From positions 1 through 47,756 of the forward strand of contig CAJXOL010000003.1 of assembly GCA_913057675.1 (NCBI GenBank): a stretch of 47,756 nt of DNA, in the 5' to 3' direction. The stretch is from an uncultured Pseudomonadota bacterium (GTDB taxonomy: Bacteria > Pseudomonadota > Gammaproteobacteria > Burkholderiales > Eutrophovitaceae). Within the stretch, counting starts at the first letter, position 1; every line of letters begins with the position of its first letter. The notes under the pieces were generated by a model. The model was not told the origin of the DNA. It saw only the letters and a program-made list of their open reading frames with translations, and did not search any database. Of the stretch, positions 42,116 to 47,756 are shown one piece after another. The position numbers and the translations under genes were made by a program.

Positions 42116-42964
42116 ATGAAACTTTTACGCTACGGCGACATTGGGCAAGAGAAGCCTGGGATACTTGATTCCGACGGCAATCTTCGTGATTTATCCAACA
42201 CCATCTCAGATATTAACGGGGACTTCCTGAGCCAGGGTGGAATAGAAAAAATCAATAAACTAGACCTAGATATATTACCTAAAGTCCTAGGAAACCCTCG
42301 TCTTGGATTGCCGGTATCTGGCACACCTAAGTTAATCTGCATTGGTCTTAATTATTCTGATCATGCAAAAGAATCTAATATGGCGATCCCAACTGAACCA
42401 GTTGTATTTATGAAAGCCATCAGCTCGCTCAACGGACCGAACGATGATGTCATTTTGCCTAACAATTCCGTCAAAGGAGATTGGGAAGTGGAACTGGCTG
42501 TTGTAATCGGCAAAAAAGCTAAGAACGTTGACGAATCAAATGCGCTGACACATGTTGCGGGATACACAATATGTAATGATGTTTCTGAACGTGAGTGGCA
42601 ACTGGAGCATGGTAGCCAATGGTCAAAGGGCAAGAGCTTTGATACTTTTGCTCCCGTGGGCCCTTGGTTAGTTACCAAAGACGAAATCGAAAACCCTCAC
42701 AACTTAGCAATGTGGTTAGACCTTAATGGTGAGAGGATGCAAACAGGAAATACAAGTACGATGATATTTGGAGTCGAGAAATTAATTTCCTATCTCTCAT
42801 ACTTTATAACGCTGCAACCTGGCGATATTATTTCTACAGGCACACCACCAGGAGTTGGCATGGGCGTAAAGCCAGAACCGGTCTTCCTGAAGATTGGAGA
42901 TGGAATGCGGCTTGGCATCGATGGCTTAGGCGAACAAAAGCAAACTGTTATCGCCGACCAATAA
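42116..42964 (+). CDS. Fumarylacetoacetate hydrolase family protein
   Basis: MKLLRYG..GQEKPG, CIGLNYSDH, DWEVEL, NDVSER, KSFDTF, TGTPPGVG. Confidence 0.93.
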   Translation: MKLLRYGDIGQEKPGILDSDGNLRDLSNTISDINGDFLSQGGIEKINKLDLDILPKVLGNPRLGLPVSGTPKLICIGLNYSDHAKESNMAIPTEPVVFMKAISSLNGPNDDVILPNNSVKGDWEVELAVVIGKKAKNVDESNALTHVAGYTICNDVSEREWQLEHGSQWSKGKSFDTFAPVGPWLVTKDEIENPHNLAMWLDLNGERMQTGNTSTMIFGVEKLISYLSYFITLQPGDIISTGTPPGVGMGVKPEPVFLKIGDGMRLGIDGLGEQKQTVIADQ

Positions 42965-43115
42965 AGTGTAACCGTCAAGCATTTTTGAAAATACACGCTT
43001 TCGATATGCTTGAGGTAATCTCAGAATCTAAATTTTTTCTTTCAAAAATTATAATCTTTCGAGAATGAGCTGAGATACGAACAAATTTTAGCCATCCACA
43101 CAGTTATTAAGCTCA

Positions 43116-44087
43116 ATGAGTACAGCACTTGAAGATCCGCACAGACTATGTACCGCACCAATGCTTGATTGGTCGGATAGGCACTGTAGATTTTTATTCC
43201 GACTATTTGCGCCACATGCAATGCTCTACACCGAGATGGTCACTACTGGGGCAATTATTCATGGGGATCAAAACCGTCATTTAGACTTTTCTGAGGAAGA
43301 ACACCCACTTGCACTCCAATTGGGTGGAAGCGCTCCCAGGGAACTAAAATACTGCGCCACACTAGCTTCAAAATGGGGCTATGACGAAATCAACCTTAAT
43401 TGCGGGTGCCCTTCTGAGCGCGTTCAAAAAGGTAACTTTGGCGCTTCGCTAATGTTCGAGCATGACTTAGTCGCTCAATGCGTAAAAGCTATGAGCGAGG
43501 CCACAAATATCCCTGTTACAGTCAAGCATCGCTTAGGTGTCGACAATTCTGACAGCTATGATTTTGTTTCTCAGTTTGTAGGTACGGTACGCGATGCTGG
43601 TTGTAGAACTTTTATCGTCCATGCACGCATTGCGGTTTTAAAGGGCCTGTCACCTAAGAAAAATCGAGAAATACCTCCGCTCAACTATGAATTTGTATAT
43701 CGGCTGAAACTAGAATATCCCGACTGTGTATTTATCATTAATGGTGGACTTGATGAACATACTGAGTTCGACTCCATTTTGAAAAAAATTAATGGCGTCA
43801 TGGTTGGTAGGGCCATCTACCATTCACCCGAGTTTCTCGGGAGATTAAGTCAATCCATTCATGGAAGCGTCAATCAAGATCTAGACGACATCATTTTAAA
43901 AATACACGGCTATGCGGTAGATCAAGTTCGCAGCGGCATCCGATTAAAGTCAATAGCCAGACATCTTCTCGGTCTCTTCCATGGCCGCAAAGGGGCGAGA
44001 ATATGGAGGCGCACCCTTTCCAACCCAGATCATCTAAAAGACAACGACCCAGACTTGATTATGCGCGCCTATAAAGAAGTTTATTAA
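43116..44087 (+). CDS. dusA: tRNA dihydrouridine(20/20a) synthase
   Basis: APMLDWSDRHCR, YTEMV, QLGGS, NLNCGCPSERVQKG, HAR..GLSPKKNREIPPL. Confidence 0.96.
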   Translation: MSTALEDPHRLCTAPMLDWSDRHCRFLFRLFAPHAMLYTEMVTTGAIIHGDQNRHLDFSEEEHPLALQLGGSAPRELKYCATLASKWGYDEINLNCGCPSERVQKGNFGASLMFEHDLVAQCVKAMSEATNIPVTVKHRLGVDNSDSYDFVSQFVGTVRDAGCRTFIVHARIAVLKGLSPKKNREIPPLNYEFVYRLKLEYPDCVFIINGGLDEHTEFDSILKKINGVMVGRAIYHSPEFLGRLSQSIHGSVNQDLDDIILKIHGYAVDQVRSGIRLKSIARHLLGLFHGRKGARIWRRTLSNPDHLKDNDPDLIMRAYKEVY

Positions 44088-45265
44088 CGCGCTCTTCCTC
44101 TCATAGATGCAGGCGAACCAGGCAAATCAACACGCGTCCCCGTATCAATTAATTTTTGACCGTCAACACGAAACACCATGACCTGCTGCAGAGCAAAACT
44201 ACTCACGTAAAGATATCCTCCATCTGGGGAAAAAGCGACTCCCTCTGGCAAACCCTTAATTGGGATACTCTGCAGCGGTGTCATTGCATTTTTTGAAACT
44301 TTAAACACAGCAATTTCTCCTGATTTTTGATGGGCCCAATGATCCTTGGGTAACATCGTGTCACCTCCGAGCAGTAAAGCAACCGCCACACCACCACGGG
44401 GACTTATGGCAAAGGCCTCTGGCGCATCACCAGCAGTCACATATCCTGAAACATAAGGTCGCACCTCGCGATCCAATTGAATGATGACAAATGGATCCGC
44501 ATGTCCATCAGATCGGCCACCATTTCCCGTATGAGCTACAACAGCAAACTCCCCATTTGGACTGATATCGATGTTATATGGGAACTGGCCAACGGGCATA
44601 TCTTGATCGGCTTGATATGTAATAATCCCTTGATCAATCGCTAAGACGCCAATCTTATTAGTACTATTTTTAACAATAAGCGCGCGTGATTCATCAGGTG
44701 TTATCGCCACCGCGGCAACTTCATCAACAACATCGATTGATTGACTGAGCGTAACGGATTTACCATTTATTTCTACGACACTAATGGATCGATCCGCCCG
44801 ATTTGCTATCAATGCAAAACGCCCTGATGGGCTAATCGCCATTCCCGATGGCTGACGGCCGATAGTGACTGTATCTATCAACTGCGGGACCTCCGACTCA
44901 AGATCAATGACGAACAACCTATTATCGGGTATTGGTTTCCACTTATCATCAACCAACTCCCACCGCATAGCACTAGTCACCAGTGCTATCTTTTCATTAG
45001 GGGTAATTTGAAGATTTGTTGGTGGCCCAAAAAGAGAATTAGATAACTTTAAGTTTGCCACTGTAAACGGCCGAGAGGGATCCGTGATATCTAAGATATT
45101 AACGATATCGTCTCCAGGCTCTATAAATTCAAGTTTTCCTGGTGCGGAGAATTGCACCTTACTGTCAATTCCATTTAATAAAAAAGATTTTTCTGCTTGA
45201 GCAGTGCTCACGCATAAGAACGCAAATGAAAAAACAGATAGCATCAAACGATTGGAATTCCACAT
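44084..45265 (-). CDS. Secreted YncE/YVTN-like beta-propeller protein
   Basis: Signal peptide ending AQA; repeated G..P..[MI].I[ST]P[DN]G..A blades; AAGGAG RBS. Confidence 0.85.
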   Translation of the reverse strand: MWNSNRLMLSVFSFAFLCVSTAQAEKSFLLNGIDSKVQFSAPGKLEFIEPGDDIVNILDITDPSRPFTVANLKLSNSLFGPPTNLQITPNEKIALVTSAMRWELVDDKWKPIPDNRLFVIDLESEVPQLIDTVTIGRQPSGMAISPSGRFALIANRADRSISVVEINGKSVTLSQSIDVVDEVAAVAITPDESRALIVKNSTNKIGVLAIDQGIITYQADQDMPVGQFPYNIDISPNGEFAVVAHTGNGGRSDGHADPFVIIQLDREVRPYVSGYVTAGDAPEAFAISPRGGVAVALLLGGDTMLPKDHWAHQKSGEIAVFKVSKNAMTPLQSIPIKGLPEGVAFSPDGGYLYVSSFALQQVMVFRVDGQKLIDTGTRVDLPGSPASMRGRAR

Positions 45266-45638
45266 AACCTACTCCTTAAGTATCGAACGTAACATTTAAC
45301 AATCAGAAGCTTAGCTTTTATAAACTAATTTTAATTTTACGGCTTTTACAACTCGACCTAGCCGAACAACCTGCCTTTCTTTCAATTTATTTGATTGATA
45401 TCGCCTTTGACCTTAACTATGATAATCACCGGTCTACGAGTCGACACTTCGAAGCGACTGATAATGAGCTTAAGCCACAAGCGATTGTCCACCTTTTTAC
45501 TTGGCTCTAAAAAATAACTCCCTTGTTCAAACGTCTCAAGTATCAATCGGAAGAGACTAGTTCATGTCACTGGCGATCAGTGAATGATAAATTTCCACAA
45601 AAAAACTCACATCTAGAAATTTAAAAATCACTTTAAAG

Positions 45639-46280
45639 TTACCCCCAATGGGGCGGTCTCGTCGTTTGAAAAATCGGGATTAGCTTTAAAGCAGAGAACC
45701 AACTCTCTAAGGCTGAACTCATTGATCGCGAAAAACCCAGATCTGGTTTCTGTTTTTCAATGCGCAAGATCAACGCGATAATTGGAAACATAGAAAATTC
45801 AACTGCAGACAATTTTTTTTGTTCATAACTATGCACAAAATACTCATCAAAACGTTTGAGTTCAAGATCTAATAATTCAGCTGCTCTAGAAATCTTTGCC
45901 TCATCCCATTTTTCTTTTGGTGTGAAGAGAGTAGTCATCAACAAACGTCTGCTCACCGAATCTAAATACACATCAATTTCATTAATAACTATTCGACTGA
46001 GCGCTCGAGCTTCGACATCCAGCGGAAACAGATTAGCCCCAACATTTGGATACTTATCCTCTAAATATTCTAAAATAACCGAGGATTCAAAAATTGTTAC
46101 TTCTCCATCGACGAGCACAGGGACTTTACCTCGAGGGTTCATTGATAGGAAAGAATCCTTTTTTAAGTCCCCATCTTGGAATGACAGATTAATACGTTGA
46201 TATTGCAAATTTTTATGCTCCAGGGCCAACCATACACGCCAGGCATAGGGCGAACCCGATCCATAATAAAAATCCATCAT
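45639..46280 (-). CDS. Glutathione S-transferase family protein
   Basis: SGSPYAWRV, NPRGKVP, FESSVILEYLE; AAGGA RBS. Confidence 0.93.
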   Translation of the reverse strand: MMDFYYGSGSPYAWRVWLALEHKNLQYQRINLSFQDGDLKKDSFLSMNPRGKVPVLVDGEVTIFESSVILEYLEDKYPNVGANLFPLDVEARALSRIVINEIDVYLDSVSRRLLMTTLFTPKEKWDEAKISRAAELLDLELKRFDEYFVHSYEQKKLSAVEFSMFPIIALILRIEKQKPDLGFSRSMSSALESWFSALKLIPIFQTTRPPHWG

Positions 46281-46314
46281 ATTTATTCCTTTTAAAATAG
46301 GTTATTTTTTACTT

Positions 46315-46917
46315 ATGCTAATCATGAAACCTAACATCAAATGGCCAAATGTCCCAGACGTTTATAACTGGTTGTCGCTAGACAATCGCGGTAATTGGCT
46401 AATCAAAAGGGAGAAAATACACCATCAAGGATTAATAGATTTTATTAATGCGAGTTACACAAAAGACGATACAGGCAGGTGGTTTTTCCAAAATGGTCCG
46501 CAGAGAGTCTTTGCATCACTTAAGTATACACCTCACGTACTTTCTATCGAATTAGTCGATACGAATATTCATTTCAAGACACAAACCAATGAAGTCATCG
46601 AAAAATTGGATCATTTGTGGATTGATAATCAGGGTCGACTGCTCGGATCTTGGAAGCGACATATAGGACTCATCTCGGATCGTGACTTGCCTATGCTGGT
46701 TAGTCATTTGGCGTATAAAAATAAATCCCACAGCCCAATCAACGAGAATGATCTTGAAAAATTTATAAAATCAACGTCATCTCAAAGTCCGACGCCCTAC
46801 GTTTTACTGGTCAATCAAAAACAATATGACATCAATTTTATACACGAGGATGCAGTGCATCAGGCTTTTCACTTTAACCCCCACCCAGAGCCACCCAACG
46901 GCTCTGATGAATGTTAA
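46315..46917 (+). CDS. DUF2946-like conserved hypothetical protein
   Basis: KWPNVP.VY.WLSLD.RG.W, FINASY, WFFQNGPQRV, C-terminal F.PHP; family assignment from recall. Confidence 0.75.
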   Translation: MLIMKPNIKWPNVPDVYNWLSLDNRGNWLIKREKIHHQGLIDFINASYTKDDTGRWFFQNGPQRVFASLKYTPHVLSIELVDTNIHFKTQTNEVIEKLDHLWIDNQGRLLGSWKRHIGLISDRDLPMLVSHLAYKNKSHSPINENDLEKFIKSTSSQSPTPYVLLVNQKQYDINFIHEDAVHQAFHFNPHPEPPNGSDEC

Positions 46918-46954
46918 CGATAGAGTTTTTTTAGAAGATCTGAGATTACATATC

Positions 46955-47449
46955 TTAAAAGGAGGCTTCCTCGACGATAGCCATTAAGAGATCATCTATT
47001 TCTCGCAGCACTTCCCGAGTTTCATCATCTGTTACGTGTCGAGCAATACGTTTAAACGCCACGTAGGACGTGTATGGTTGATCGACCAGGGTATAAACTG
47101 AAATTGCGTAAGGACAAAATGCTAAAAGCGCTGGTGCAAAATCCGCCATACGTCTTGAATACAGAGCACTACAAAACTCAAGCACTTCAGCATTTCCGTA
47201 AACTGTTTTACCTTCCCCCAAATCCTCACCAGTACGAGAAAGCATACCGCCAACATCAGAAATATGATCAACCACAAGCCCTTGGCTCTCGACGGCAAAG
47301 ATCACTCTGTCCTTGACATCATTAAATGTGCCTTCTATTTGCACCACCATTACAAGCTCTGAAACGTCACTTGCAGTCGAAGTGGCTGGCAGAAAAACCG
47401 ACATATAAAGAAGAAGAAGAAGAAGGGCCAGAGGTGTTTTATGAAGCAT
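46955..47449 (-). CDS. Exported DUF302-like protein
   Basis: Signal peptide; ESQGLVV, MLSRTGEDLG, EFCSA, FCPYAISVY motifs. Confidence 0.75.
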   Translation of the reverse strand: MLHKTPLALLLLLLYMSVFLPATSTASDVSELVMVVQIEGTFNDVKDRVIFAVESQGLVVDHISDVGGMLSRTGEDLGEGKTVYGNAEVLEFCSALYSRRMADFAPALLAFCPYAISVYTLVDQPYTSYVAFKRIARHVTDDETREVLREIDDLLMAIVEEASF

Positions 47450-47619
47450 TGACTAGTAGCGTTAAAATTATAATGAATTTTAGCCTAACTTAAGTGACTG
47501 ACTTATTCAATCACGCCACAGGACAACCATGATAAGTTCAATCTAGTTAAAGCTATAAAACAAACTCGCAGATCAGCGATACAACAAAACATTGAACACT
47601 AACCTGCGAATATCGAGGA

Positions 47620-47756
47620 CTATCCAGGTCGGTTACCAGCGACCGGAAATGGCCAAGCTGCGGGCGCAGCCAACGGGCGTGGTGCTGCAGCTGCTTTTCT
47701 GACTGGCTTTTTAGCTGGCGCTTTCTTAGCTACTGGCTTTTTAGCTGGCGCTTTCT
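47620..47756 (-). CDS. Histone H1-like nucleoid protein, 3' part only (absent from the ORF track)
   Basis: Minus strand reads KAPAKKPVAKKAPAKKPVRKAAAAPRPLAAPAAWPFPVAGNRPG*, with TAG at 47620-47622; K/A/P repeats plus the AWPFP tail. Confidence 0.88.
   Translation of the reverse strand, partial: KAPAKKPVAKKAPAKKPVRKAAAAPRPLAAPAAWPFPVAGNRPG
47702..47756 (+). repeat. 30-bp-period coding tandem repeat at the contig end
   Basis: ACTGGCTTTTTAGCTGGCGCTTTCT at 47702-47726 and again at 47732-47756. Confidence 0.92.

Noticed and set aside
42965-43200. dusA-associated genomic island
   Set aside because: No integrase and no duplicated dusA 5' fragment seen.
45300-45638. Roughly 54-codon TTG-start minus-strand ORF or ncRNA in the long spacer
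   Set aside because: No RBS, no recognisable motif and no convincing structure.
1485-47316. Numerous 60-175 aa antisense or overlapping ORFs in the track (e.g. 13191-13715, 29833-30276, 39505-39804)
   Set aside because: They are shadow frames of well-supported genes and show no independent motifs.
47702-47756. Direct repeats as a CRISPR array
   Set aside because: In-frame coding repeat with a 30-bp period and only a 5-bp gap; no cas genes.

Overview
This is a gene-dense, AT-rich (visually about 40-45% GC) chromosomal fragment of a betaproteobacterium. The assignment rests on three typical arrangements: fdxA-addB-addA divergent from trxA-rho-rpmE, the orn/M48/phhB/rsgA/CobD-like/Nudix block, and a K/A/P-rich histone H1-like gene with an AWPFP tail. 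Bases 1-47 are Illumina Nextera adapter plus i5 index, which artificially truncates feoB; the right end breaks inside a 30-bp repeat of the histone-like gene. Most of the roughly 45 genes are housekeeping or metabolic: Fur-boxed feoAB, a TfdA-like dioxygenase, csp, two maeB paralogs, a fatty-acid-hydroxylase gene next to oxyR, an uncharacterised amidohydrolase-SDR-dehydrogenase-CMD operon, AddAB, hslO/hslR, bktB, pgi, a frameshifted GNAT, a UxaA-SDR-FAH sugar-acid cluster and dusA. I saw no tRNA, rRNA, CRISPR, IS, integrase, phage or defence system, and I cannot support a claim of a wholly new system. The best candidates for follow-up are the catabolic clusters of unknown substrate and the hydroxylase-oxyR pairing. 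All family calls come from motif recognition by eye; no database searches were run.
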